In this document: positions 11,990 through 24,844 of the stretch, one piece after another | How the letters are laid out: the number at the start of each line of letters is the position of its first letter | Position numbering within the stretch: the first letter of the stretch is position 1 | Assembly: GCA_024679065.1 (NCBI GenBank) | Contig: JAGIQG010000014.1 | Coordinates: 33,666,001 to 33,730,000 of the forward strand | Length of the DNA: 64,000 nt | Source of the DNA: Sphyrna mokarran | Lineage: Eukaryota | Direction of reading: 5' to 3' | Notes under the pieces: generated by a model | What the model saw: only the letters and a program-made list of their open reading frames with translations | Told to the model about the DNA's origin: nothing | Database searches by the model: none | Made by a program: the position numbers and the translations under genes

Positions 11990-13050
11990 CTGCATTGTAG
12001 GTAGAAGTATAAAATTGCAAAGGGAAAATGATAGATTGAGTGAATGGACAAACTGTAACAAATCAATTCTTAAATGAGATCATCCACTTTGGACCAACAG
12101 ATTTCTTTTGAAAAATTGTGTGAAACAGTAAAAACATTGGAGATCCAAAGCAACTTAGAACTCGGGTTCATTAAAGTGTCATGAAAAGTACAGAAAATAG
12201 GACATTGGAATGCTGTATTTATATCAAGAGGACTAGAATATACAGGGTCGGGGTTTGGGGGTATGGTAGATATCCTGCTTCAGCTACACCAAGATCTGGT
12301 TGGACCACACTTGGAGTACTCAAACAGTTCTGAATTCCACACCTTGAAAGGATATATTAATTTTGGAGGCAGAGCTGGATAGATTTACTAAAATGGTACC
12401 CGAACTCCAAAGGTTAAGCTGTAAGGAGAGATTAAACTAAATGGAGATGTATTCCTTGGATTTTAGGTTAATGGGTGATTTAACCGAGGTTTTAAAAATA
12501 TTAAGGGAATAAATGGGACATCTTGAGAGAAACTAGTTGCGGAGTTTAAGCCTAGGGGCATAGCCTAAAAATGAGAACCAGACTTTTCAGGAGTGAAATT
12601 AGGAATAATTTCTTCACACAAAGGATGGTTGAAATTTGGAACTCTCTTCCACAAACAGCAACTGATGCTAGGTCAACGGTTAATTTTAAAACTAAGATTG
12701 ATATATTTTTGTTTGCCAATGTTATTAAGAGATATGGGCCAAAGGCAGCCATGTGGAGTTAGGTCACAGATCACTCTTGACTTGATTGAATGGCAGAACA
12801 GACTCCAGGGCTAAATGTTTAAAATATGTGTAGGGATCAATCCAGTAAATAAATGCCAGTCTTTTTAACCTCAGTGGTGGCAAAGCTTTTCTAAGTGGAC
12901 AAAATTGATGATGGCTGGAACAAGTGCATTAAATAAAACAGCCCAGATGTGTTAAAGACAAACCGTGTTGAATTAATTTGATTTTTTTTAAATGAAGAAG
13001 GTTAATGCTGTGTATAAAGACTTTCAAAAGGTGTTTGATAAAAGTGTGGC
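11990..13050 (+). mobile_element. Decayed CR1 LINE ORF2 fragments
   Basis: LV.PHLEY-like segment near 12300, ORF 12571 RNNFFTQRMVEIWNSLP..FKTKID, a CR1 tail, then an RT piece (DFQKVFDK) near 13020. Confidence 0.8.
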
Positions 13051-13667
13051 TGTGAGGTTAGCAGTAATGCTAAATTACTGAGGATGATATGAAGCAATGA
13101 GTATCAGGTATGGGTTGTGATTGATAGAGGTAATCAATAGATGAGCAATGCATCAGTGTTTAAAGTTAATGGTGCAGTTGGTGAAATCATGTATTCATTG
13201 ATCTTCTTCACCATTTATGTGAAGTCATTGAACTTTTTGTATCACTGCATTGAGGTCCTTGGGGGTTGACTCTTGGCACTGATTGCTATGGCTATTGGCT
13301 CCCACAGCCTTTGTGAAGTTCACTCTTCCTGTGGATAAGTGTCCTCTTCCTCTGTACCTCCTGCAGCAAAATCTCTTACTGCCATGTTGTATTATTGTTA
13401 AGCACTGAGGGTGTCAGAATTACCTCTGCTCCAGCCTAAATACACCTTTCCTTTAAAAGGTTCAGATTGGACCGATGCAACCATGAGGTAAATTAAGCAA
13501 TTGGTTAGGGTGACAACATGTGGAAGGGTGTCAAAAAGTTAAGAATTTTAAAATGATACAAGTGAAGCTGAAATGTTGACATTTTAGAAGCAGCCTTATC
13601 CCACCCAACCCCCACGCTTCTCAAAAACTCATTTAACCTCCAATAACAACTCATTTTTTCCATGCTT

Positions 13668-13920
13668 GCTGATCTACCAATAAAAACCTTCTCTTCCCCT
13701 TCATCCCACTGATCCACCAATGACAATTTTCCCTGTTCCTGCCTTGCAACCATCCCACCTGATCACTGATCCTACAATCACAACCTGCCTTTTTCTTCTA
13801 TGTGATGGCTGATCACCCAATCATAGCTTTCCTTTCTCTTCCCTCCTCCTGCCGACGCTCAGTGATCATCCAATCACAGTTTCCTGCTTCTTGCTGCCAA
13901 TCAAATTCATTCAATCAGAA
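13668..13920. repeat. Degenerate tandem repeat containing CCAAT motifs
   Basis: About 5-6 units of CTGATC..CCAATCAC..TTCC spaced roughly 40-55 bp apart. Confidence 0.55.
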
Positions 13921-13942
13921 AGCTCGCCTAAGATTATAGATT

Positions 13943-14224
13943 ATTTATTATTGTCACAAGTAGGTTTATGTTAACACTGCAATGAAATGATTGTGAAAAT
14001 CACTTAGTTCGCCACACTCCGGTGCCTGCTCAGCTACACTGAGGGAGAATTTAGTATGGCCAATGCATTTAACCAGCGCGTCTTACGGACTGTGGGAGGA
14101 AACCGGAGCACCTGGAGGAAAACCCAGGCAGACACTGGGAGAAAGTGCAGACTCCACACAGTGACCCAAGCCAGAAATAAAAACCCTGTCACTGTGCTAA
14201 TCGCTCCACTACCTTGCCGCGCCC
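13943..14224 (-). mobile_element. V-SINE variant with alternative (non-CR1) tail
   Basis: Same V-domain as HE1, but the 3' end is ..GATTTTCACA..TTCATTGCAGTGTTAA..CCTACTTGTGAC..AATAAA. Confidence 0.85.
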
Positions 14225-16186
14225 CTCTTAGGAGACCCTGCAATGATGCAGATGTTGAAGCCCTGTGAGAGGTGTGAGAGTGTGCAAATCTAATCAGCAG
14301 CATGGAGGAAACATGGTTCCACACAACACTGGCAGACTAATAGACTAATACCAGAGTGAGACTAATAGACTAATACCATGAATTTGACCTTTTATAGCGA
14401 TTGTGTGGTGGTGCAATTGTCTGCACCATTTTACTGCGGTCATGTTTCAAATGTTAATTGATGGGGTAGACACAAGGGGAAAAGTTTGCTAGAGTGCCTG
14501 ATTACTCTTGCACTGGCCCTGCTTGCCTCTCACAATGTTGCACTCCCTACTCAGGCATGCAGCCACTCCACAGCAGAGTTGGTGTTGACTGCAATCATTT
14601 AAATTATCAGGCAGCATGGGGTTAGATTGCTGTATGCATCAGAGGAAATGAACTTGGAGATAAACTTGCACCCTGGTTCCAGCATCCATTTCTGCATCTT
14701 GTCCAATTTTGCTCAACAATTGTTGATGGTACATCTGTAAGTAGCTGCACAGTTAATAATGTACTTATGCAACATAAGTAAGCACCTCATCATTGTCAGC
14801 CCAAACTTATTTAATTGGTAATATTTAGTAGTGACAACTTTTATAGCACTTTTAATATAATGAAACATCCCAAGTCACCTCACAGGAACATTATAAAACA
14901 TAAAAACTAGAAGCAGAAGTAGGCCATTCAGCCCTTCGAGCCTCCTCCGCCATTCATCTTGATTGCAGCTGATTGTCAAATTCAACAATCTGATCCTATA
15001 GAAACACAGAAATAAAGCATGTTACAAATGCACAGAGCATGATATTAGATCAGGCGACCAAAAGTTTGGTCAAAGAGATAAGTTTTACAAGTATCTTAAA
15101 GCAGAGAAGTAAAGGGGGGAAAGGAGTGTAAGGAGAGTATTCCAGGGCCTAACTTCTTCAAAACATGTGGGTTTTATTTCCTGCCATCCAGTAGGAAACA
15201 CATCCCACCAACTTTGATAGTCCCGCAGCCAGTTTACACTGCAGTGAATGTTAATTAGCTGCACCCTCCCTCACTACCAGACAACCTGATTGAGCAGCAC
15301 CCGTCCAATTTTTGCAGCAATAACGCTGCAGGGGATAGAACAGGATGTTTAAGTCCAGGAAGTGGAACCCAGAAAAGTTCCAGGGGATCCAGGATAGGAG
15401 ATTTAGGGAAGACTTTTGAGATGGGGTGTGGGGTGGTGAGGAGTATAATGAGAATTGTATTCCCAGGAAGAGGCCAGGGGAGTGGCAGTGAACAATGCTT
15501 TGGTGCAAGTCCTGAGATCATTGGTCCAAATGGGGAGGGAGGTCACAGGACTTCAGAACATGGGTTTCTATGGAGGTGCTGCCGCACTATCCTCCCTTCC
15601 TGTCTGAAATGTAAATTAGTTGTATTTCCACTTCCCCTACAGAGATTCAATCTTTCTGCCAACCTAAAATTAATTGGCCACTTGAGGTCCTCAATTAGGC
15701 GGCAAGGGTTGGCTTCTTATCCAAAAGCCTTGCTACCCCAATGTAAAATCACTGTGTGATCAGGGTGTGGACCCAGGGGGAATTGCATCCCTTCCATTTC
15801 ACATATGGTCCGTCTAAAAATTCACTGGTGGGGGAGCATAAAATTCTGGTTCAGAGCTCGGAGTCTAGGCAACTGAAGGCATAACTGCCAATGATGGAAT
15901 AATTATAATTAAAAGTATGTAAAAGGACAGAGAGGCCTTCTCAAAGGTCAACCCAAGGAAACCAACTGGCCTGGATAGGGCACCTATAGGAACACTGAGA
16001 TCCTGTGCAGATCCACTGGCGGGGGTGTTCATAGACATTTTCAACCCCACTTTACAGAATTACATGACCATCGATAACTCAAAAGGGTTGTGAAGCTGGA
16101 GAAGATAAGGGGGGTAAGGTAATGGGGGATTTGAAGAAAAGGATGAGGATTTTAAAGTCAGGACATTGCCCAACTAATGTAAGTTT

Positions 16187-16510
16187 TAGATCTTAGAAAC
16201 CCTACTGTGCAGAAAAAGGCCATTTGGCCCATCAAGTCAGCACTGACAACAATCCCACCCAAGCCTGTCTCCATATATTTACCTGCTAATCCCTCTAAGC
16301 TATGCATCCCAGGACATAAAGGACAATTTAACATAGCCAATCAACCTAACCCACACATCTTTGGACTGTGGGAGAAAACCAAAGCACCCAGAGGGAACCC
16401 ATGCAGACACAGGGAGAATGTGCAAACTCCACACAGACAGTGACCGAAGCCAGGAATCAAAAGCAGGTCCCTGGAGCTGTGAAACAGCAGTGCTGTTACC
16501 ATGCTGCCCC
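16187..16510 (-). mobile_element. HE1-type SINE, full length
   Basis: Reverse-strand head GGGCAGCATGG at about 16509, V-domain and CR1-type tail. Confidence 0.9.
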
Positions 16511-16607
16511 AAGTCATTGAGCACAGGGGTGACAGGGAAATTGGAATGGCTGTGAGTTAAGACATGGACAGTGAAGTTTGGATGACCTCAATTTTATGGA
16601 GAGCAGA

Positions 16608-16856
16608 ATCATAGACCAGATCATAGAATTTCTACAGTGCAGAAGCAAGTCATTCAGCCCATCGACTCTGCACTGGCAATAATCCCACCCCAGGCTCTAT
16701 CCCCCAACAACCCCACACGTTTACTCCACTAATCCCTCTAACCTACACATCCCGGGACATTAAAGGGCAATTTAATATAGCCAATTCACCTAACCTGCAC
16801 ATCTTTGGATTGTGAAAGGAAACTGGAGCACCCAAACAAAAGCCACACAGACATGA
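16608..16856 (-). mobile_element. HE1-type SINE, 5'-truncated
   Basis: Matches the 3' two-thirds of the neighbouring copy. Confidence 0.85.
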
Positions 16857-17479
16857 GGATTGTAGGAGATTAGCCAAGAGTGTGCTGGGTAGAGGTAATA
16901 AAGGCATGAATGAGAGTCGCAGCAACAGCTGAACTGAGACAGGCAGAGTTAGGTGGAAATAGGCAATCTTAGTGATGGCACAAATATGAAATTGGAAACT
17001 CATCTCAAGATTAAGTGTGACACCAGGATTCTGAGTAGACTGTAATCTCAGACTGTTACCAGGGAGAGCTTTTTAATCAGAAACAATGGAATGAAGTTTG
17101 AAGGGGGGAATGTAAACAATGGCTTCAGTCTTTCCATTTATGTGGAAAAAAATTCTGTTTATTCAGTATTGGATTTTAGATAAGGAATCTGATAATTTAG
17201 CAGCAGCGGAGGAATCGAGTGAGTGCTGTATGTCAAGGATGGAAGCGTGATTAGAGAGATTCATGCATGCAGCTCCAGGAAAGATGGAAATGGACTTTGG
17301 AGGCAACAACATATTCAGGGTCTTTGGACAGGAAAGGGAGGTTGTAAATGGAAATAACTGTAAATCTGACAAGTTAGATTTCAATAGTAAGTAAAACAAT
17401 AACGAAAGGGAAATTACAAATGTTCATTCTGGTTCAAACTGGGATTGACATTTATTTGTATTCATCTCAGTACTGATGT

Positions 17480-17906
17480 ACTGGAGCTTTTTTTGCCCGG
17501 TGAGCAATGCAGAGATGCCCCTTGGGCAGTACCAGGGTGTCTAGCTAGCAATGCTAAGATGGCACTGAGCAGGGGACAACCTTCTTTACCCCTGCCATCC
17601 CAGCAGGCCTCAATGGCTTCTATCCTTACCAGCAGGGTCAGGATGCCTGCTCCCCATTAGCAAGGAGCAGTCGTACACCCCACTGAAAGGAACCAGTTTG
17701 AGCAGGGGTGGGGGAAATGCTAGTGAACCCAGAGAATACCTGTTGGGCCCACTAATCAAATGGAAATACAGATATGATTATCAGCTCTGTGCCAATTTCC
17801 AGCACAGAACCGATTGCGCTAATAAAAAGCGCAAACACGAACCTTGCCAAAGATCCCGCACTGGTATCTCACAGCCCAACACAGCAGGCCAGAACAATCC
17901 TAGCCC
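17480..17906. mobile_element. Probable non-autonomous DNA-transposon remnant
   Basis: GC-richer island ending in TIR-like AACAATCCTAGCCC, similar to the MITE termini. No coding signature. Confidence 0.35.
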
Positions 17907-18039
17907 ACTTATTTGCAGCATGTAAGCATCTTGCCCAGCAGCAGAAGGTTGGTGGAGATGTTCAATTCAGAGATAAGTTAAGAATCGAATGTGTTCTTTA
18001 GGAATAGGATTACGTATAGGTTAGAGTCGGTAAGTTCTG

Positions 18040-18240
18040 TTAAGTCTTCTTCCCTGATAAACATTAGTGAACCAGTTGGCCTCTTACAACAATCCAACAG
18101 CTGATTTCTCCTAAATTGAAAAAAAATGCTGAACTCACACTCTCATACTGTTAGTGTGGGATTTGGAACTATGTTCCACTGGATTATTAGTCCAAAGTTC
18201 TGGATTGTTAGTCAGTAACGTAACTTTTACACTACTGTAC
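18040..18240 (-). mobile_element. Old partial copy of SINE family B
   Basis: AAACATTAGTGAACCAGTTGG and GGATTATTAGTCCA match the 20935 and 45098 elements. Confidence 0.55.
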
Positions 18241-19156
18241 TCCTTTGTAGCATTCATGCTATGACTTGAGTGAGACAACTACCTCAGCATAGCCTGGGAT
18301 TTTGTAGGTCTATATGGCCCAGGGGCTATTCACTAAAAGCCATCAAAGAAGTTGCTCAATTTTTTAATATCAATTTTTAATTGTGCTTTGAAACAACAGA
18401 CAATTTTTTTTAGAGTTTTTATTTCTTACCTGCCATAGGACCAGACACTAAAACTTGTACCAAGTTTAAAGAACTGTTTTCTTAGCTACTGAAAATCCCA
18501 TAAAAACAGTTGGGTTTAATAATCCAAGCCATGTGTTTTATTTGATCTGCCAACAGGACCAAAGCAAAAAAGGCATCAGAAAAGAAAAAAAAACATTTTT
18601 CATGAATAGTGCACATAAAGCAAAGCACCTTTGTTGAAGAATAATGCAAGACCCCATCCCAGAGCGAATTTTGATTCTGGCTTAACCAATACAGGCAAAA
18701 TAATAATACCCGACCAATTCAATCACAATTCAATTAATACCTGAAGAGTTCAAGCATATTCAAGAGAAGGCAAATGAGAAAGACTGATGCAAAAATGGCA
18801 GTGCTTATTCAATGGACTGGCATGCACTTCTGCATTTTGGAGGAATCCTTGTATAATTAAAAGTAACATGATTTAGTAAATAGTGTGCCATAAATTAGCA
18901 AAATCAGATGATTCAACTAATAAATAAAGTTGGTATAGTTTAAAAATAATTACCCATGGGATTTTAATTTTGTCTTGAAATCAATGAACTCTATCAAGAA
19001 ATCCTAAGCTAACCATGGGTAAGGAAGGCTTTTCAGCCCATCTTAGGTCGTCCATTAGGCTGGCTCTAAGATTTCTCCTTTATATTGTCTGACTGATTTT
19101 CAAATGATTGCAGTCTTTGCTCCTATTACAACATTCATAGACTATTTCCCTTTCAG

Positions 19157-19292
19157 GGCTGGAATTCTCCAACCATTCACGTCAATGGGATTCTCTGGTC
19201 CCCGCTGCAGTAATGGAGACTTGGCTGAGTGCCAAATTCTCCATCCTTGCTTGCAGCAGCAGCAGGGCATAAACAGCCAGAGAATTCCAACT
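19157..19292. mobile_element. MITE with 13-bp TIRs and CAG target-site duplication
   Basis: CAG|GGCTGGAATTCTC...GAGAATTCCAACT|CAG. A 3-bp TSD fits PIF/Harbinger. Confidence 0.7.
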
Positions 19293-19419
19293 CAGGTCCT
19301 CATCTCATTTTGTATGATGACCTTTCTAATATCAGTTTGAAATTTGCCTTTTGGTAATTTCAACCTGTAACCTCTTGCCCAATCCTCACAAATTAATTTG
19401 GGGCTAACTTTGACTTGAT

Positions 19420-19830
19420 GGAACACTCATGCCTCAAAGTTTAAAGGTCATCAGTTTAAGCATCACTTCAGAGATCTGAGCACATTATCTAGGCTGACAC
19501 TTCAATGCAGACATTCAGACATATTGCTGCCTTTCTGATGAGACTTTCAACTGAAGCTCATCTTTCCATTTAGGTTGATGTATCTAAAAATGAGCAGAGG
19601 GAATTCTTCTGTAGCCTGAACTATCACTTATCCATCAAGCAATATCATTAGAATTAGATTATGTTATAATTTATGTCATTGTTGCTTGCGGGATCTTGCT
19701 ATGGACAGATTGACTGCCAAAATTCCCTACATTACACAATGATTATACTTCAAAAGTACATCATGTTATGAGATAGTTTGCGATTACAAAGATCATGAAA
19801 AGTACTTTATAAATGTAAGCTCTTTATTGT
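19420..19830 (+). mobile_element. DeuSINE (SacSINE1/AmnSINE-like), old
   Basis: Deu-domain-like TGCCTTTCTGATGAGAC..GAGCAGAGGGAATTC..GGGATCTTGCT..CCCTACATTAC..CTTCAAAAGTAC and an L2-like tail ending TATAAATGTAAG. Confidence 0.7.
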
Positions 19831-19849
19831 TTGAAGAAACTTTACGGAA

Positions 19850-20070
19850 GGAACACCACTACCTGCAAGTTACCCTCTAAGTCATCCTGACCTAGAACTA
19901 GATTGGTGTTCCTTCATCATTGCCGGGTCAAGTCCTCAAACTCCCTTTAACAGCACTGTGGATGTATCTACACCACATGGTCTGCGGCAGTTCAAAAAGG
20001 TGGCTCACCATCACCTTTTAAAGGAAATGGGCAAGAAATGTTTGCTTGCAATGTCTACCACATGTGAAAG
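19850..20070 (+). mobile_element. 3' end of LINE family B
   Basis: Matches 41990-42230 (CACC..AAGTT.CCCTC..CCTTCAT..GGGTCAA..CAGTTCAA..GGCTCACCA). Confidence 0.7.
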
Positions 20071-20254
20071 CATATATGTTTAAAAAAAATCAAACTTTAT
20101 GGGGGCAGGTGGCTGGTTTGACATCTAGCATATGGTTCAAAATAACTTCCACAGCACAGGGATCAATTCCCATTCCAGCTAAGATGTGATGTCTGCCTCC
20201 TCACCCTGTTCAGAGTTACAGAAGGATCACAAAGTCCTGGCACATGAATCACAT

Positions 20255-20925
20255 AAAGGTTGATATGCAGCTACAGCAAATAATTAGGGAAGCTAATAGA
20301 ATGTTATCATTTATTGCAAGGGGAATTGAATACAAATTAGGGATGTCATGCTTCAGGGCACTGTGAGAGCACATTTAGCATATTATGTACAGTATTCGTC
20401 ACTTTATTTAAGGAAGGATGCAAATATATCGGAAGCAGTTCAAAGAAGGTTTATCAAACTAATTCCAGGAATGGGGTGGGTTGTCTTCTGAGGAAAGGCT
20501 GAACATTTAAGCAGGTATTTATTGGAGTTTAGAAGAGGAAGAGGTGAATTGATTGAAACATGGAAGATTGTAAGGGATCTTCTCAGGCTAGATGTGGAGA
20601 GGATGTTTCCTCTTGTGAGAGAATCTAGAACCGGTGGTCACTGTTTAAAGATTAAAGTCACCCATTTAAAATAAAGACGAGATAATGTTGTGTTCTCTGA
20701 GGGTCATGAGTTTATGCAACTCGCTTCCTGAAAAGGTGGTGGAAGCAGAGTCTTTGAACATTTTTAATTCAGAAGTGGATAGATTCTTGGTAAGCAAGGA
20801 GGTTACTGGGGGTAGAAGGGATGCAGATTTGAGTTACAATCAGATCAGCCATGATATTAATAAATGGCAGAGCCAGTGCAAGGGGCTGAATGTCTGTTCC
20901 TGCACCTTGTTTGTATATTTGTCTT
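20255..20925 (+). mobile_element. CR1 LINE 3' fragment
   Basis: Decayed ORF2 (AVQRRF..., NSLPEKVVEAESLNIF..EVDRFL) and CR1 tail. Confidence 0.85.
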
Positions 20926-20934
20926 GAAGCAACA

Positions 20935-21298
20935 TTTTTTTTAATTCATTCATGGGACATGGGTGTTGCTGGCTGTCCAGCACTTATTGTCCATCCCTAA
21001 TTGTCCTTGGAGGGCAGTTGAGAATCAATCGCATTGCAGTGGCTCTGGGGTCACGTATAGACCAGACAGTAAAGAATAGCAGATTTCCTTCCTTAAAGAA
21101 TATTAGTGAATCAGATGGGTTTTTCCCAACAATCAACAATGGTTTCATAGTCATCAATAGATTCGTAATTCCAGACATTTTCTACTGAATTCATATTCCA
21201 CTACCTACCATGGCAGGTTTCGAACCTAGGTTTCAAAACATTAATTGTGTTTCTGGATTAATAGTTTATCAATAATACCACTTGTCTATTGCGTTCCC
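20935..21298 (-). mobile_element. tRNA-derived SINE family B
   Basis: Reverse strand has a tRNA-like head with B-box GGTTCGAA, body CCCATCTGATTCACTAATATTCTTTAAGGAAGGAAATCTG and tail GGACAATTAGGGATGGACAATAAGTGCTGG..CCCATGAATGAA. Confidence 0.85.
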
Positions 21299-21649
21299 AG
21301 GACATCATGGCATAGGCAATGGTTCTGTGGCCTTTGATTAATCAAGGATGCGACCTGCAGAAGAACTTCATAAATTTATCTTTTCCACATTATTTACTAC
21401 CTTCCATTCCTCCATAAGATCATCCCACAGGTTCTTCTTTTCAGAAGTTCCCTTTTATTGTGCTCTGAGTTATACATTATAAGTTATGAGCGTACTCACC
21501 ATTGTCTCTGGTACCTACATGTTGCACTTGTGTCTCAGTGGCCAAAACTAATCATTTCCACAAGCTGTGGTCTGCCGGGGGCACTATAAGATTTGCTTCC
21601 AACACACGCGACTTACATTCTATTGTTTTGACCATATGGCTCAACATTA

Positions 21650-21920
21650 CATGTGCTTAATACATTGATATTCTGCATTGGTCATGCATGTTCAGAGTCA
21701 AGTTTACTAACACTCTGTGGTTTCTTTCTATTTCATCTTTAGATAATTCAACATCATTCATGAGTTGTCCACATATTATTCCTGATTTACAGTACCTTAC
21801 ACTGTTCTGCATTAAATTCCATCTGGTATTTTTCTGACCACTTTCCAGATATATCTTTTCCAGATCATTCTGTAATTTCTGAGCTGCCTCCTTCAATTTC
21901 CCTGGCATTTCTAGTTTCAT
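21650..21920 (-). mobile_element. Old CR1 RT fragment
   Basis: LQNDLEKI followed by a frameshifted W..K.QMEFNA-like segment on the reverse strand. Confidence 0.6.
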
Positions 21921-23533
21921 GTTACATTGATCACAACAGTCAAATTGTTCTACTCATTTAAAATTCTCCAGCATCTCACACGGACAATAAAAAATATATT
22001 TTAAGAAGTATTCAAAATGAGACTCAATAATTGCTACTAATGGATTTTACTCATGAATTATATTGATTTCAAATATTTCAAGGTCACCATAACAAAGACC
22101 ATGTTTAATTGTTGTACAACCTGTGTTTTGTGGTTCTAAAATTGAAAAGTAACACAGAGCTGAAAAATAATACAACTAAAGTCAGATTGCCTGTTTCCAT
22201 CGCGACATCATCAGCTTCCATTTCTCCAAACTGCTTTGAAACACTTTGCCACAGCATTGCTACTTGAGATTCAATTATTCTAACATCCTGAATTCCAACT
22301 TTCCAGTTCCACAGTTCACAAATTGCAGCCCGTCCAAGTCTCCTCTGCCAGTATTTTATCCTGCTCTAGCTTCTATTCGCCAATTATCCATAATCTCAAT
22401 AACTTCCTTCTTCCTCAGTGTATCAACTTTAAAGACATTTTGTCCAGATCCAGACCCATTCTTTGACCTTCCCCTTCCCAGCTCTGTAATCCCCTTCAGT
22501 TATCTATTCTCATGTGTGCCCTCGCATCACACAACTCTGACACTTGTTGGATCTACACCATCAACTCCAAACTCCCCCTAACCCTCTCTGACCTTGGGAT
22601 TCCTGCCCCCTCCTTCAGAAACTTGTCACAACCTACCCCCTTGATCATGATTTCTGGCAACTACCCTAATTGTTCTCCCCCAGACCTGCTCACTGTTCAG
22701 TGATTTTCACCACTCTGAAGTGCTTTTGGACACTTGTGTTAAATACAATGTTAAATAAAATATGTCAGGACCCTAAATTGAATAAATAAATAATACTGCA
22801 CAGTCAGTGTATCAGGATCATAAACCAAATAATAATCATATGGTACAACGTTGAATTAAACATATAATGACACAGGCTATTTTACATTGAAGCAGTATTG
22901 AAAACCAAACCCCCTTCAAATTTTAGTCACCAACTTTAAGATTAAATAAAATAATTTAAGCAGTATTTTTGCTCCTTTTCTCTCGCACACGTGTCCGCTC
23001 CTTATTCTCTTCTCTGTTTTTTTTAAAATTAATTTAATCATGCTTCCATGTTTTTCACATGTAATCTAACCTCTTAAATTCTGTTCTTCTTTTAGTGTTC
23101 AGAACTAATCCACAAATATTCCCCCTGCTTACTCTTTCTTCTCTGGGCTCCCAAACACTCATTTCTGAACTGGAAGCAACTTACAAAAGAATTAGTCCTT
23201 TTTAAAAGCCAACTTTAAAGGGAAATGTTCAAAGATAACTTACTATATTACCAACTTCCAGCAGGTCAAAGTTCGTAGGTAAAAAGCATGACAGTGCTGT
23301 TGATGGGTAACCTGTCCACAACCTTCACCACTTGGTCACACTCTTTCCACAGCATAATAAAGTTTTAAAGAAGACAGCGTAACAGTATGCAACATTCATG
23401 CATGTATGGACTTTTTTAAAAATTAAAAACAAGACTTTTTAAGCTACACAAAATGGTCATGTAAAACTAGCATGACACAGAGTTCAAAATGAATATGTAA
23501 TGATTAGGAGCAACATGCAAGATAACGATCACC

Positions 23534-23571
23534 ACCCCCCCCCCCCCCGCCCCCGCCCCCGCCCCCCCCCC
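23534..23571. repeat. Poly-C/CCCCG tract (G-quadruplex potential on the - strand)
   Basis: Long C runs interrupted by single Gs. Confidence 0.85.
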
Positions 23572-24044
23572 ACAACCCTGCCAACTGACAGCTCTTAAAA
23601 CTGTCCAGACTGAGTGGGGCAGATTTTAAAGATAGAATCAGATTTGAATGCAAAATGTGTCCAATAAAAAAATCCAGTTAAATACTGAACAAGAATAAGA
23701 GCTAAAACCAAATAATCCAATTGTTTAAAGATGCCATGTTGTCTGGTAAAAGTATGCTGCATGACAATTTATCAAAACTGTAAACAAAGGGCTCCACAAT
23801 GAAACAATTGGTAATGCAATAGCATCAGAACTCCAGCATATAATCAACAGCTGTATCTTTTTAAAATCTAGTTCCACACCAATTAGCAAAAAGTCCAATC
23901 TGCTGCATAAATTTACCACAGTAATCAACATGACAAATACTTAGTGGGTATTTGAAGCCAGCTCCTCTAGTTGCTCCAGGAACCAGGCTAGAATAATGTC
24001 TCCCCATGCAAAAGGAATGCCCAGGCTTATTGGTTTCATTCAAT

Positions 24045-24570
24045 TAGTGGCACTCTTGTTTCTGCGTCAATTCAAACCCACACCAGGACATGACAACACA
24101 GCCTAACCTGACATTCCATTGTGGTACTGAGAGTAGATTGGAGGTGCTACTCTTTGGATGAGATGTAAAACTGCTTGTTCTAAGACTTCAGTCATGTAAT
24201 GGTTCACGTAAGTGCAGGGAATGTTCCTAATGCCCTGGCCTACATTTGTTCTTCAATCAACACCACCAGAAATAAATGAACTAGCCCAAAACAAAACGCT
24301 GGAGACGCTGGAAATTTGAATTAAAAACAGAACCTGTTGGAAATGTGCAATAGGTTTGGCAGCATCTCTGGAGAGAGAAATAAAATTAATGTGATTTTTC
24401 ATCAAAATCTGAAACTCTTCCCAAAGGTATTGCCTAACCTGTTGAGTATTTCCAGCATCGTTTATTTAAATTAACTAGCCATTTGTTCCAACGCTATCTT
24501 TGAAATCCTCTTGCATGCAAAATGACTTCCACATTTCCAAGCATAATTTATAGTATTTCAAAATGCTTCA
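24045..24570 (+). mobile_element. Old DeuSINE with nested palindromic Penelope-type insert (24287-24472)
   Basis: Deu-like TGGAGGTGCTACTCTTTGGATGAGATGTAAAAC..GCCCTGGCC..CTTCAATCAACACCAC. The insert is flanked by AACTAGCC direct repeats. Confidence 0.65.
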
Positions 24571-24584
24571 CATGCAGTTAAGTT

Positions 24585-24844
24585 TTTATTTATTAGTATC
24601 ACACGGCAATGAAGTTATTGTGAAAATCCCCTAATGGCTACCTAATTGGCGCCTGGACAAATTTAGCATGGCCAATGCAGGTAACCAGCACATCTTTTAG
24701 ACTTTGGGAGAAAACTAGAGCGCCCAGGAGGAAACCCACACAAACTCAGGGAGACTGTGTAGACCCGCATAGACAATGACCCAAGCCGGGAGTCAAACCT
24801 GGGTCCCTGGCGCTGTGAGGTAGCAATAGTAACTACTGTGCCAA
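24585..24844 (-). mobile_element. V-SINE variant with alternative tail, followed by an alternating purine-pyrimidine microsatellite (about 24848-24915)
   Basis: Same structure as the 13943 copy. Confidence 0.85.

Larger units (their letters stand above)
14830..17410 (-). mobile_element. Old L2-clade LINE fragments split by younger insertions
   Basis: L2-type 3' end near 14830-15150 and RT-like SFQFHICAITKIAYFHL (ORF 16743-17003). Interrupted by a CR1 tail (about 14900-15000), a TIR-type insert (about 15165-15850) and SINEs. Confidence 0.65.
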
